Shown here: positions 46,887 to 59,902 of the stretch, one piece after another
Position numbering within the stretch: position 1 is the first letter of the stretch
How the letters are laid out: every line of letters starts with the position of its first letter
NCBI GenBank assembly: GCA_951406725.2
Contig: OX597818.1
Coordinates: forward strand, 108,934,001-108,998,000
Direction: 5' to 3'
DNA: 64,000 nt
DNA from: Octopus vulgaris
Lineage: Eukaryota
Made by a program: the position numbers and the translations under genes
The notes under the pieces: generated by a model
Seen by the model: only the letters and a program-made list of their open reading frames with translations
The model's database searches: none
Told to the model about the DNA's origin: nothing

Positions 46887-48686
46887 GTGATGCCACCAAA
46901 AGTGAACAATATTATTATTAAATTAGCAACATCCCGTTCTCTGTGTGAATCTTCCATCGCGGCAAATGCCAGTAGCAATCCAAAAACCTTCTTTGCCCAT
47001 GTCCAGCGGAATTCCGGCTTGAACAACCAGATTGCAACGTTGGTAGACTCAACAGGCGTATCGATTGAGGACCCTTATCAACAGAGTCAATTATTTGCCG
47101 AGGCTTTTTCAACTATTTTCAAACAAGATGATGGTCGTGAACCCCCTCCATTTGATAGATCGGTACCTCCAATGCTTCGATTGGTCATCACGCGGGACGA
47201 AGTCAAACGTGTTATTCAAGGCCTCGATGTCAACAAGGGTCACGTCCCTGACGGCATACACCCACGGGTTATCAAAGCGTTGGCTCCGGTCATCTGCGAG
47301 CCCTTAACACGACTATTCAATATGTCATTGGCGACGGGTGTTATACCTGCAGACTGGAGAACAGCGATAATCTGCCCAATTTTCAAGAAAGGGAGCCGCG
47401 AAGACCCGCTTAACTACCGACCGGTTTCCCTTACATCAATAATCAGCAAGATGTTCGAAACCATCCTTAAGAAAAGTATGATGCTCCACCTCCTAAACAC
47501 AGCCTCGATCACTGATTCCCAACACGGCTTCGTGCCGAAGAGATCATGCTTGACCAACATACTAGTAATGGAAGAATTGGTGACGCGCATCCTCGATGAT
47601 AGTGATGCTGTTGACATCGTTTTATTGGACTTTGCCAAAGCTTTTGACTCGGTAAACCACCGCCTACTACTTGTCAAGCTTCAAGCATATAGTTTCCATC
47701 CGGATATTGTACGATGGGTTGGTGCCTTCCTCTCAGATCGCTCCTTCCAAGTTCAAGTTAATGGTTCGCGGTCCGACGTCTCCAGTGCGAGCAGTGGCGT
47801 GCCTCAAGGTTCAGTGCTTGGGCCCTTGTTGTTCTTAGTCTTCATAAATGACTTGCCTGACGACCTCACGCAACACACCCTTCTATTTGCCGACGATATC
47901 AAACTGGTCGCTCCTCGCGGTAGTATAGAGGATCTTCGTCGATGCCTCCACCAAATTTGGAAGTGGTCTAACGATTGGGACCTGTGTCTGAACGTGTCAA
48001 AGTGCTGTCATCTGCCTGTCGGCTCTACTCCTGCAACTCAACTTGATTTCGAGCCGGGTCGTCTGCTGCTGGAGAGGACCGATCAGGTAAAGGACCTGGG
48101 TATCTTGGTGGATTCCTCCTTTTCGCCTTCAGCCCAGTGCGTCCATGCTGCCAACAAAGCACGCGGAATTCTGTTTTTGATTCGACGGTCATTCGGAATG
48201 CTCACAGCAGCCATATTCCTACCACTCTATGTCACGCTGGTGAGACCCATATTGGAGTATGGGATTCAAGCCTCTTCTCCTTATCTCCTCAAAGACATAC
48301 AGCATCTCGAAAGAGTCCAGAGGCTGGCTACCCGCATGGTTCATGGTCTCAAAAATTTGTCCTATGAAGAAAGGCTGAGGACGCTCGACCTTTATTCTCT
48401 TGAAAAACGCCGCCGCCGTGGTGATCTCATTCTCGCCCACAACATCATAAGCGGGAAGTGTAACCTCTCGAAAGAGCTGTTCTTCACTCCTGCTCTGGAG
48501 CGTCGGCTGCGGGGTCATTCCGAAAAGCTCTACCTGCAACGATTTCATCTCAATCGAAGGAGAGGAGCTTTCTCCGTCCGGGTTGCGGATCCGTGGAACA
48601 AGCTGCCAGACAAGATGGTGAAGATGCCGACGACCGCTTTGTTCAAAGCCTCCCTGGACCTCAAGTGGCCTGAACTCTTTACATGA
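46887..48686 (+). CDS. CR1-clade LINE ORF2 reverse transcriptase, uninterrupted but lacking the endonuclease (5'-truncated; first ~20 codons likely flank)
   Basis: NPKTFFAHV, PDGIHPRV, PIFKKG, NYRPVSLTS, QHGF, DFAKAFDSV, GVPQGSVLGPLLFLVFINDL, LFADD, KDLGI, VRPILEY, RRRGDLI, LRGH, WNKLP. Confidence 0.95.
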   Translation: MMPPKVNNIIIKLATSRSLCESSIAANASSNPKTFFAHVQRNSGLNNQIATLVDSTGVSIEDPYQQSQLFAEAFSTIFKQDDGREPPPFDRSVPPMLRLVITRDEVKRVIQGLDVNKGHVPDGIHPRVIKALAPVICEPLTRLFNMSLATGVIPADWRTAIICPIFKKGSREDPLNYRPVSLTSIISKMFETILKKSMMLHLLNTASITDSQHGFVPKRSCLTNILVMEELVTRILDDSDAVDIVLLDFAKAFDSVNHRLLLVKLQAYSFHPDIVRWVGAFLSDRSFQVQVNGSRSDVSSASSGVPQGSVLGPLLFLVFINDLPDDLTQHTLLFADDIKLVAPRGSIEDLRRCLHQIWKWSNDWDLCLNVSKCCHLPVGSTPATQLDFEPGRLLLERTDQVKDLGILVDSSFSPSAQCVHAANKARGILFLIRRSFGMLTAAIFLPLYVTLVRPILEYGIQASSPYLLKDIQHLERVQRLATRMVHGLKNLSYEERLRTLDLYSLEKRRRRGDLILAHNIISGKCNLSKELFFTPALERRLRGHSEKLYLQRFHLNRRRGAFSVRVADPWNKLPDKMVKMPTTALFKASLDLKWPELFT

Positions 48687-48762
48687 ACACCACCCTGTAC
48701 TTAACTCCATGTCCCCCTACATGGCCTTGCTATTTGCTTTTGAGCCAAATTAACTAACTAAC
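46945..48762 (+). mobile_element. Young CR1-type LINE copy
   Basis: CpG-rich ORF, ~65-bp 3' UTR, (TAAC)n tail. Confidence 0.93.
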
Positions 48763-48943
48763 ATTTGTTCCGTTGTTGTGTCTCTGTACAAATTTTGGAA
48801 CTACACACACACACACTTTATTAAAAAGCAGCAAAAATATCACAAAAACAGTGATATTTTTGTTGTTTCTTAATAAAGTCTGGTATTCGACTATTTTTTC
48901 CACCTTGTTTCACATTTATGTGCTTACTCTGGTATATATATAT

Positions 48944-48986
<43 letters not shown>

Positions 48987-50226
48987 TAGTTTTAGAGACA
49001 GGATCACCCTCAACTCAATCAACTTTGGAAGATATTACACCCGACCGAGCCATCAAATATTAAATACTATACTTACTATATGTATTCAGAATCCCATACT
49101 TTCCATTTTAAAGACAACACATGTTTCATGACAGTATGTCTGTATTTTTTGAGATATAAAGTCTCTAGTTTCAATACTCAGTTAGATCGATGTACTCCCA
49201 ATCTTCAGGTCTGGATTCTACACATTTATTACACTATTTACATTCTATATAACTCCATACTGATTGAAATTATTTGACTAAAAATCATTAACATAATTTT
49301 ACTTTACAAATTAATGAATGAAATTAAAAATAATGAATGAACCTTAAAAATTTAAGAAATAAAAATTTAAGGAATAAAAGAGGATAAAAAATACGAATAA
49401 AAATACGAGTAAAAAAATTCGAATAAAAAATATGAAATAAAAAATTAAAATAATGAACAAAACGAAGGTTGACTTATCTATTTGTGGTTCCTTCCCTGCG
49501 AAAATTACACATGGCTACATCTTGCAATTTTATATATATGAATAAAATATTGAGAGAAGTTCACTTTAGTATCTTTATTTTGAACGCCTCATTCCTGTGG
49601 ATTCGGAATTAATCTTTCCTAATAATTATAATACATATATATATAGACACACAGATTGACAGACAAACCAACCATTTACAGACACATTAAATGGAATTCT
49701 GTATGAATGTGAATATGAGAGTAAGGTAATGCTCACATATATTACCATATAGGATGGTAATAATCACCTTTTACAGAGTACCCTTAAGTTATTAGATGGT
49801 GAAAATAAACCAACATTAAAGGAATTTTGGCATGGTTACCTAATCAGGAATGCTACTGATAATTCCACAGCAACCACAACGAATCTTGTCAGGAGTAAAA
49901 TCTATCGAAACTGCTTTGCAGACTTCCTGCTTAAAGAATATAATTAGAAAATGTTCATCAAGAGATTTTTGCGACAACAAACCAAGTTAGATTCAATGAA
50001 ATAAATCAATTGTTGGGGAGTTATTTGAATCTACACCTTTTGACTCCAAACCATTTTTTCAACCACCTTTCTCCATTCTTCAAATTTTTTTTTAATGATG
50101 AAATGACCTGCATACAAAACATCAAACACATCCCCTTCTTTTTAAGCATAAAACTAATGCAGCTTGTTAAAACCTGTTTCTGCCATGGTTTTTTCTGTTT
50201 ATGATCATTGCCTTACTTTACACACA

Positions 50227-50264
<38 letters not shown>

Positions 50265-50289
50265 TATAACATGGTATAAACGCATAGGC

Positions 50290-50810
50290 ATAACTAAAGT
50301 TTAGTGTATTACTCCTTCCTCAAATAACTTTCTTAATAATGTTTATTTTCATTGAAATTTTGCAGATGTTTCTGAAGGTGCAGGTTACCATAATGGGAAA
50401 TTAAAAAAACTTATTTTTCTTTTTCTATAAATACAAAGAAAAATGAAATCCATGCCTTTTAACCATTCAATAACTTGCTCATCATTATTGCACAGCACAA
50501 AAGGAATTATCACATTATCTTGGAAGCAATAATGGATAAGTTTACATTTAACCTATTATAATGCAGATTGAATTTCAGATAACCTGCAATATACTCCTTA
50601 CCACATCATTATGCTCTGCGATAACCATGAGCAAGCTGATGAATGGTTAAAATGGTATGAACTTCTTTTCCTTCTGAATACAAAAAAAAAAAAATTAAAG
50701 GAAAAGCTTTCATCAACATAATCCCAATCTACACCTTTGAAAATATAATCATGCAAAATTTGTTTTAAAAAAATGCATTCCGAAGGAACAAAACTAAGAG
50801 GGCCCTAAAC
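50290..50810. mobile_element. Old degenerate MITE/foldback
   Basis: Inverted similarity, e.g. ttttaaccattca..cttgctcat..ttattgcacagca (about 50457-50497) vs tgctctgcgataa..atgagcaag..tgaatggttaaaa (about 50612-50652). Confidence 0.5.
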
Positions 50811-51199
50811 CATAGGTGCGTCTAAGCCCCAACCCTCACTACAGCATACATACATGTTCAGTGAAAATAAGCAAGTTGACAACATTTTAGTGCTTTGGAC
50901 AAAATACTTTGCAGATTTTGTTCCAACCCTTTAACATTGAGTTCTTAGGTGTCAGTGGTTCACCTGTCCAAGTTATGTGTCAACTGACGCAGTCTAACTT
51001 GCATAGATAGGCCTATATCGAGTATGTTGGTAATGGTATGCTGAGGTTTCTATCCAGAAGTGGATTGAAACAGTTGAAACAATAATGAATGCATCAAATA
51101 TTTGAGTAGATGACATGGAACACACACCATTTACACACTTTCACTTTCTATCTCCTACAGCCACATGCATCCTAGAGTAGTTTTTTTCTGCTTGACTGG

Positions 51200-51500
51200 C
51201 TCCTATCAGCCATCCTACCCACATATGTATGGAAGATGGATGTTAAATAATGATGATGATAATGATGACGTCCTCCTCATCATCATTCAACATCCATTTT
51301 CCATGCTGGTATGGGTTGAGCAGTTTGACAGGAGTTGACAAGCCAGAGGGCTGCACCAGACGCCAAGCATCTGTTTTGGCATGGTTTTTAGGGCTGGATG
51401 CCCTTCCTAATGCCAACCACTTTACAGAACGTCCTGAGTGCCTCTTACACCAGCACCAGTGTTTTTCATGACACCAGTGCAGGAGCTTTTTTATGTGGCT
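51200..51500. mobile_element. Two RTE 3' ends tail-to-tail (plus ~51200-51270, minus ~51275-51500)
   Basis: atggaagatggatgttaaataatgatgatg followed by catcatcattcaacatccattttccatgctggt. Confidence 0.75.
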
Positions 51501-52237
51501 TAGGCACAGGTACATTTCACATGGGACCAGCACAGATGCTCTTTGACACACACTTGCACACATTCACTAGTTGAAAGACCAAATACAGCCTAGAACAAAG
51601 CTATCATGGTAAATGAGCAACAATGAAATCACTTAAGTCACAGTTTTAGACCCCAAATAAACACCAGCCAATTTCTCAACAACCCTGAGTCACCTCATAG
51701 GCTTGTACTTAATAAAATATATTCAATTATTCTTTCACAGAGGTTCTATGCTCCACTATTGTGCAATTGTACAAGTTTGTTCCATCAAACACTCTAAAAT
51801 TGTTTGGCAGAGTTTCAGTCTAAAGCATCCCACACCAATATATCCACAGGCATTTTAGAAGCTAATAGACACCATCATTTTAGCAAGATTTATTTCTAGA
51901 AACAAAATGTCATTTCATGCATTTCAGTACTTAATCTAGTATTTAGAGGAACATGCTTTGTGCAGTTTTTAATATAATTTAACCCATTTGGGTACCGCAC
52001 TAAAGAGTAGTGTCTGCACAGATAAAACAGTGTAATGGGAGGTGTCCATATATGCTCCTTAACATGACAATGGCATAAATCTTGAGTTGTGAGACAAAGA
52101 TTCAGTTTTAATAAATAAAAAAAAACACTGTATTATCAGCAACATGGATGAAGCACTTCTCTCTCATTCATCCAAACATAAAACAATGAATGCATGTGTG
52201 TGTGTGTGCATGTATGTACATATACACAAACAGGCAA

Positions 52238-52430
52238 TGATGTGGCTGTATAGTAAGAAGTTTGCTTTCCAACCATACGGCTCAGGGTTCAGTCCCAGTG
52301 TGTGATACTGAGGGTGTCTTCTACCTTAGCCTTTGACTGACAAAAGCCTTGTGAGTGAATGAATTTTGTAGACAGAAACTGAAAGTAGCCTGTCGTAAAT
52401 GTGTGTGTGTTTTTATGTTTGTGTTTGTAG
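52238..52430 (+). mobile_element. SINE family A 5' half
   Basis: Head with GGTTCAGTCCC and body to the TG tract. Confidence 0.8.
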
Positions 52431-52499
52431 AACTGGAGAAGACAAAACTATCCAAGCAAACACAGCAAAATGTAAGTTAAAATGGAGAAATAAAGACTG

Positions 52500-53400
52500 G
52501 AATATCTATTCTCATCTGGCTCTTTCACATCTGGTAAGTCTTCACCTTCTTGCAGTCTTGTTTATCTAATTCCAGCCCATCTCTCTATGGCTCATCTACT
52601 CACCACTGGATCTTGCCGCATATGGAATGAGGGGAAACACCAGATCAGCCCTGATTGAAGCCCCACCTCTACCATCCTCTGCATCTTTCTAATGATTTCT
52701 TCTTCCCATTACACCACTTGAGTAACAAGGGATTGCTTTGCATTTGTTCATGTCCAACACACCTTTTCTTTTACACCTTCACTGCTAGCAAATACTCCCC
52801 TCCTTCAGATCACTTCTCGGTTGGCAACAAGCACCCTCTTACCACCTGATATCACTCTCCTATGTTACATTCATTGATATCCATCACACACACACACCCT
52901 CTTACCCCATCCACCCTGACATTTAGTACATCTCTCCTCTCTCGCTGTTTACTATTCGCTGTCTGCCTCTCGTTAGCATCTAGCGCCTCCCTCTCATCAC
53001 TGTACCTGAGTACTAAAAGACCGCATCAGATCTGTTGGTAACTAACACCGCCCAAGTTCTCACCCCCACGCCTACCACAATGCTTCGCTAATGAGGAAAT
53101 TGCAATGCATCTGGTACACTCTCCCATTCTTTACTTCTTGTTCCCTCGGATATCCATCAGTCTCTCTCCATTGCCATCTCAACTAATCATCTCTCATGGC
53201 CACTCCTTCTTCAAAGCACTTACTGTTGGCATCCAGCAAACTCTTACCACTGGCCTTTCTTCTTTTATCCATCTCTCTTTCTCTCTCTCCCCCCACTAAC
53301 CATTAAGGTTAGGCTCCTGTTTTCCTCTTTACTCCCTCCTCTTCTAGCTGCCATCCTAATCACCCTGCTTCACCCTTTAGACTCTTACTTCTCTCTCCTT
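52500..53400 (+). mobile_element. Highly decayed pyrimidine-rich repeat, possible Penelope relic
   Basis: NEEIAMHLVHSP region resembles the GIY-YIG C-terminal E..lI..LgTl.P pattern; weak. Confidence 0.25.
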
Positions 53401-53534
53401 TTCATCCTAATTCTTCTTCCTTTGCAATCACTCTGCCCCCACCCCCCACCATCCTTCTACCCACTCTGTCATTCCCAATGCCCTCTACGAACCGACACAG
53501 GTGCAGAATTGTGCGTACTTCTTTTCTTTTACAG

Positions 53535-53759
53535 CAGTCAATTGGAGCGTGGTGCAGTTCTCCAACTTGCCAGCTCCTGTCAAACCATCCAACCCATGCC
53601 AGCATGGAAAACGGACGTTAAATGATGATGATGATGTTGATGATGATGAAGCAATAGCGTTTGTGTTGTACAAGATGACACTTGCGCAAGGTGCCACACA
53701 ATGGGACTGAACCTGGAACCGCGTGATTGGGGAAGCCAGCTTCTTATCACACAGCCATG
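53535..53759. mobile_element. RTE 3' end (+, to ~53650) and SINE A head (-, 53675-53759)
   Basis: caacccatgccagcatggaaaacggacgttaaatgatg; gacacttgcgcaaggtgccacacaatgggactgaacc. Confidence 0.8.
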
Positions 53760-54184
53760 AAATATGTTATTTATGTTGTATTATATCCAAATTCACTAGA
53801 GCAGAGACATGAGGAACCATTCAACCAGATCTAAGTCATATATGCTGAAGTGAGAAACGTTTTTTATAATATTTTTTAAACCTTTCACATATCTTAAAAG
53901 ACATTTTAAAACTGAAAAAAAAACCATCTTAGCAGTTATCAAATAAAGTTTTAAAATTAAAGAAAATAATTTTTCGTCTATTTTGCAGAATAATTACAAG
54001 AAATACTATTAATAAGAGCAATGAAATCTAATTTTCTATTTAGGAGGAAAAAAAGTGAATAAAAAAACTATAATAAAAAGAAAAAATAATAATTAGCCAA
54101 TATAGTCATAGCCTCAGAAGAATATATATATGATCCAAGTTAAAAATATACCACAGATTCTTTTCTCTTATGTTATTGGATGCT

Positions 54185-54645
54185 GTATGTATACACACAC
54201 GTATACACACACACATAAACACAGATACATATATACACATACATGTATATATTATACACACATACATGTATATATACACAAACACACACACAAGTCTATA
54301 CATGTATATATACATATACACACACACATGCATATACATATATATATACTTACATATACACACATGCATACACACACACACACACATATATATATGTACA
54401 TATACACACACTCACACACACAAGCATACATAATTATATTTATATATATATATATATATATATATACATACATATATACACACATGTGTATACATATATA
54501 TATATACATATACACACACATGCATATACATATATATATACACATACATATACGTACATACATACACACGCACTCACATACACAAACATATATTCACATA
54601 CACAGATATACATGTATGTGTGTGAGTGTGTATATATATATATTC
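54185..54645. repeat. (CA/TA) low-complexity tract
   Basis: Direct reading. Confidence 0.95.
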
Positions 54646-56631
54646 TAATCCCCATTCTCATTATCTTGTTTAATTTCAGCATAAGGTATTTGAAAATTGC
54701 TAGTAAATCCTTCATGGATATTATTTCTGTAGTGACAATATATTTTCTGTCTCTCTCTGTCTCTCTAACACACACACACACGCACACACACACATACAAA
54801 CACCTCAGTTAAACTAGTAAATGCACTGCAATATTCATATGTTTCAGTTATCAGAGTTATGAATGTAGAAAATTGAATCTTTTAACTAAAAATAGACTCA
54901 GCTTCCAGGAATAGAAAATTGTTTCACGTTGCAAAAGGAGACAATTTCCAATTATTTGAATATTTATATTGGCATGTTAAACCAATCCTAGTGTCAGAAT
55001 TATAGCTTTGTAGACTTATATTATAAAACGAAGATGAAACAAAAAAAAAACAAAACAAGAGAAGACAAAATAAAAGAGAAAAATCCCACCACAGGCAAAC
55101 AGAGAGAATGGTTCTGAACGTAGAGGTAAAATGAAAATATGATTGGTGTGGTACATTGAGGTGGCATTTCATTGAATGTGCCAAAACAAGAAAATGTTAA
55201 TATAACAAGTGCAAGAAGAATTTGTAAAGGTGTTAGTGCACCTAACACCACAAATATGAAATTATGTCAATACCATACCGACAAATACAACCTGTATATT
55301 CCATTTTGATCATCTCTCTTCCTCTCTCCTCCCTCCCACACACACACTACATATATCATTTTCAGCATCATTATTATCATCATTATTATTTAACATGCGT
55401 AAGAAAACCATGACATTCTGTGCAAGAAATTATCATTGACAAGTGTATATTATCGAGATAATCAGATCAATGCTATTTTATATCAATATACTATACTCTC
55501 TATATGGTCTACTAATACTATACATAACATACTGTTAATATTAGTAGCTGCAGTAGTTTATTTTTTTTAACAGGAAAAGAAAAATTGTCCTTTTTTTTTC
55601 TTCTATTCATTTTAACTAAGAATAATAATTATTGAAATATATATTTTCTTTTCTTGTGGAATTCAAAATAATCAATTCAAATACTATGCGGAGTACAAGT
55701 TTTATGTGAACACAGAAACGCACATTTATAACTGTCTAAGTTGTATTTTTTAATAAAATATTTAGAACAATTTGTCTTCCAAAATTAAGTTTACAGGAGA
55801 AAATAGATTACAAGAAAATGTTTCTGAACATGTGCAAAGAAAGACGAAGATACATATACACATATATATACATATGTACACATACTTCAAATATTGGATT
55901 AAAAACAAAAATAAACAACAAAAGCAAAACCATTATTAATAACTGGTTTGAATTGCTCTCACTCTCCCTCACACTAACTTCAAGAAAATAGGCAAAAAAA
56001 AAGACTTTTGCTTATTAGATTACTATTACAATATTAGTTTATTTGTTGGGGTTTTTTTTTTAATTTAAATTGATTTTTTTTTTCTTTTGCAATGAAATTC
56101 AAAGAAAATTTCATTACAAAATTTAATAACAATTCCTCTACCCACTTTCATGCAGAGTTCATTTTTGGGGCAGAAGAAAATGAAAGAAAGAAATGAAATA
56201 TAATCAATCCATCCTGCCTCAGTATATTACAAGTAATTATTCTATTCACCTTCCACCCTGGGAATGGGAAGACTGCATTAAGTTCAATGGAATTTGAGCA
56301 TATAACTGTAAAGCATTGAACTAGAAATTATGCACTCTCTGCACAAGTCCTCCCTTGATCCATCATGCGGATCAGCCTGTCAGATTTAACAAGGATTTCT
56401 ATCTACAAAACAAACAGTAGCAAAGAAAAGATTATCAGTGCCCTTTATAGTGATAGGAATGTCTAGATTAGGGTCTTGCTGTTTTAATGTATCTTTTGGC
56501 TGTACAAATATCGAATACTGTCTCTAAAGATGTTTGCTAATATTGTACGATGTAGACTAAGAAAGAAGAGAAATTCTTGCAAGGATAGACAGCCTCCACA
56601 TCATACTGTAACTCTAACATTGTGCAATATA

Positions 56632-56918
56632 TGAGGGTGAGTCAAAAGGTAATGCCATTTTGTTTAGGACAGGTATAATTACCAACACAGGGACATGTAT
56701 CATACATCAAAACGAAGCTGGTCCTCTGTGGATCACATCCTTACTTCTCAAAATAGTTACCGTTTCTCTCAATAGCAATGTTCCACCTCTGAATGAGAGC
56801 ATGTATCCCTGCCCCATAAAACTCTGTTAACTGTTCTTTGAGCCACTTCTTCACTACAGTTTTACTTCCTCATCACTGGACTATCATCACTTTGGCCTCA
56901 TGAAAGAGGGTTTGAGAG
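56632..56918 (-). mobile_element. mariner 3' fragment
   Basis: TA + TGAGGGTGAGTCAAAAGGTAATGCC TIR; minus strand SDEEVKTVVKKWLKEQLTEFYGAGIHALIQRWNIAIERNGNYFEK*. Confidence 0.87.
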
Positions 56919-56919
56919 T

Positions 56920-58180
56920 CAAACATTATTTAGTGTGTGGAAGCAAGGTCTAGAATTGAAGGGCATTAGACTCAATCTAGCAAAGACCAAAGTCTTAGTC
57001 AGTAGGAAAGCAGACAAATCACAAATCCCTTCAGGTAGATAGCCCTGCTCTATCTGTAGAAAAGGCTTAGGTAGAAACTCCATACGATGTACCCATTGTA
57101 AGCTATGGACACATAAAAGGTGCAGCAATATCAGAGGAAGGTTAACTGGGAAGATAGTTTTGTGTGTAACAGATAAACACCGAAGAACTAGGGAAAACAG
57201 ATTCCATCATGTGCCAGGGGGAAAAACTAGAAGTAGTTGACAGCTTCCATTATCTAGGTGACCAAGTCAGTACCAGAGTGGATGCTCTGCTACAATAAGA
57301 ACAGCCTGGGCAACGTTCAGAGAGCTTCTACCTTGGCTAGTAACAAAGGGCCTCTCGCTCAGAGTAAAAGGTATGATGCTTGTGTGCGAACAGCCATGCT
57401 ACATGGCAGTGAAACATGGGCTGTGACTGTAGAGGGGATGCGTAGGTTTGAAAGAAATGAAGCCAGTATGCTCCACTGGATGTGTAATGTCAGTGTGCAA
57501 GCACCCTGAGAGAAAGGTTGGACATAAGAAGCATCAGATGTGGTGTGCAAGAGAGATGACTGTGCTGGTATGGTCATGTGATGCATATGAATGAAGACAG
57601 CTATGTGAAAAAGTGTCACACCCTAACAGTGGAGGGAACCTGTGGAAGAGGTAGCTACAGGAAGACATGGGATGAGGTGGTGAGGCATGATCTTCGAACG
57701 TTGGGCCTTACAGAGGCAATGACAAGCAAAGAAACCTTTGGAAATATGACATGCTTGAGAAGACCTGGAAAGCCAAGTGCGATTGTAGCCATGGCTGATA
57801 TGTCAGTGTTGCTAAACTGTCCCATTTAAAAGCATCCTTCAATCATTGGGCAATAAGCTGTGCTTGTGAAAACCTGTTGACCTGAGTGAAATTGTAGTTC
57901 TGGCTGATGCTAGTACCACCAAACTGGCTCCCATGCTGGTGGCACATAAAAAGCACCAATTCAAGTGTGGTCAATGCCAGTGCTGCCTGACTGGCTCCTG
58001 TGCTGGTGGCACGTAAAAGCACCCACTACATTCTTGGAATGGTTGGCATTAAGAAAGGCATCCAGTTGTAGAAACCTTGCCAAATCAGAATGGAGCCTCA
58101 TGCAGCCTCACGGCTTGCCAGTTCTAAGACAAACCATCTAACCCATGCCAGTATGGAAAGCAGGCATTAAACGATGATGA

Positions 58181-58184
<4 letters not shown>
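56920..58184 (+). mobile_element. Older RTE copy of the PHD-containing family
   Basis: WKQGLELKGIRLNLAKTK, CSICRKGLGRNSIRCTHCKLWTHKRC, YDACVRTAMLHGSETW, 3' UTR and (GAT)n tail; stops and deletions. Confidence 0.92.
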
Positions 58185-58223
<39 letters not shown>

Positions 58224-58299
58224 TATGTATATGTCTGTGTGTGTGTGTGTGTGTGTGTCTGCATGTGTGTGTATATATATATATATGTGTGTGTGTGTG

Positions 58300-58630
58300 G
58301 AGAGAAATGAAGGTAGTATACTGTATTGGAAGTGCAACATCAGTGTGCATATATGACAAAGTGCAAATGTATATGAGAGAAAAATTGGGAATAAGAGGAA
58401 TCGAACGTAGCCTGCAAGAGAGAGAAGGTTTTGGACATGTGATGCCTTTGAATGAGTACTGTTGCATAAAGAAGTGCTGATCACTGAAAGTGGATAGTAC
58501 CCATGGAAGAGAAAGACCCAGGAGGATGTGAGGTGAAGTGGTAAGAACTGACCTCAGGATGTTGGGCCTCACAGAGAAATTGACAGTGGACTGTGAGGTC
58601 TAGTGATATGAGGTTCTTGAGAAGACCCAC
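58300..58630 (+). mobile_element. Decayed RTE ORF C-terminal fragment
   Basis: ERNEGSILYW, MREKLGIRGI..LQERE.FGHV. Confidence 0.75.
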
Positions 58631-59399
58631 TGACATCAGCAAAACCAAGTTCCACCCACACACCCTGTCTCATTGTATCATTGTTATCTGCTAGCACCCA
58701 ACCTGTGTGTTCCACCCACATGTAACAAGAAAACTTTTCTCACACCCTACCCCAACAAACCAATCTACATCTCTTCTCTTCCTCACATTTTCCCCCCTTC
58801 AGACATTATGCCTTGCTCCTATTTCCCAATCCTGTCCTCATGGCCCTGTTCCTCTGTATCACTGCTATGCGACAGCTCCCCCACCTCTATATATACCCAG
58901 CTTTTCGTCAGCCACTTCAACCCCACTCCACACTCTCCAATCATGCTTCTTTCACAATATCCTGCCACTTATATTATGACCTCCGAACCTCAAGGGTTTG
59001 CCCTGGTACTTGCCACCCTATATATCTCTCTCTTCCTTTACTCAACCATCCCGTTTATATTCTGATTCATGTCCCTTGTGAGTATGTCCATCATTTTACC
59101 ATCATCTCTATTCTGCTGGCTCCCACTCTCTGTCTGTCTGTCTCTCTCTCTCTCTCCCCATCACCTGCTCTTCCCCCAGGTTGGGTAACCTTGTAACTCC
59201 TTTGCGGAAGCACACCTGTTTCTTTCTTCATTCCCGATCTCTCTCTTTCTCTCTCCACCCAGGTAATCTTGTACCCCTTCTACAGCAAGATACCCATTTA
59301 TTTATTTCTGTCTCACTATGACCTTTCATCACCTGACACGAGATCACCTCCTCCAATGCACCCTTCCCTCTCAAAAAGATATTTATTTTTGTCTTGCAA

Positions 59400-59853
59400 G
59401 GTACTTGGTGACCCTGCCAGTGCACGTGCCACTTAAAAGCATCCAGTCCACACTGTAAAGTGGTTGGTATTAGCAAGAATATCCAGCTGTAAAAATCCTG
59501 CCAAAACAGACACGGAAGCCTGGCCAGCTCCTGGCAAACCATCCCACCCATGCCAGCATGGAAGGGAGATATTAAACAAGGATGATAATGATAATATATA
59601 TATATATAAATATATATATATGCAATATATTCTTGTATTCTTGTATTTGTTTCAGTCAGCTGACTGTAGCCATGTTGGAGCACTGCCTTCAGTGGAAGGA
59701 ATCAACCCCAGGACTTATTGTTTTGTAAAGCTAGTACTTATTCTATCGGTCTCTTTTGCCAAACTGCTAAGCAACAGGGACGTAAACAAACAAATATCAG
59801 TTGTCAAGCAATGGTGTGAGGGGTAGGGACAAACTAGACACACACACACACAC

Positions 59854-59855
<2 letters not shown>
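59400..59855. mobile_element. RTE 3' UTR (+, to ~59592) and SINE A 3' half (-, 59640-59855)
   Basis: Family motifs as above. Confidence 0.8.

Positions 59856-59899
<44 letters not shown>

Positions 59900-59902
<3 letters not shown>

Noticed and set aside
46887-48686. Host gene or domesticated RT
   Set aside because: Lacks the endonuclease and a native start, has a LINE 3' UTR and tail, and a sister fragment exists in the window; best explained as a young truncated copy.
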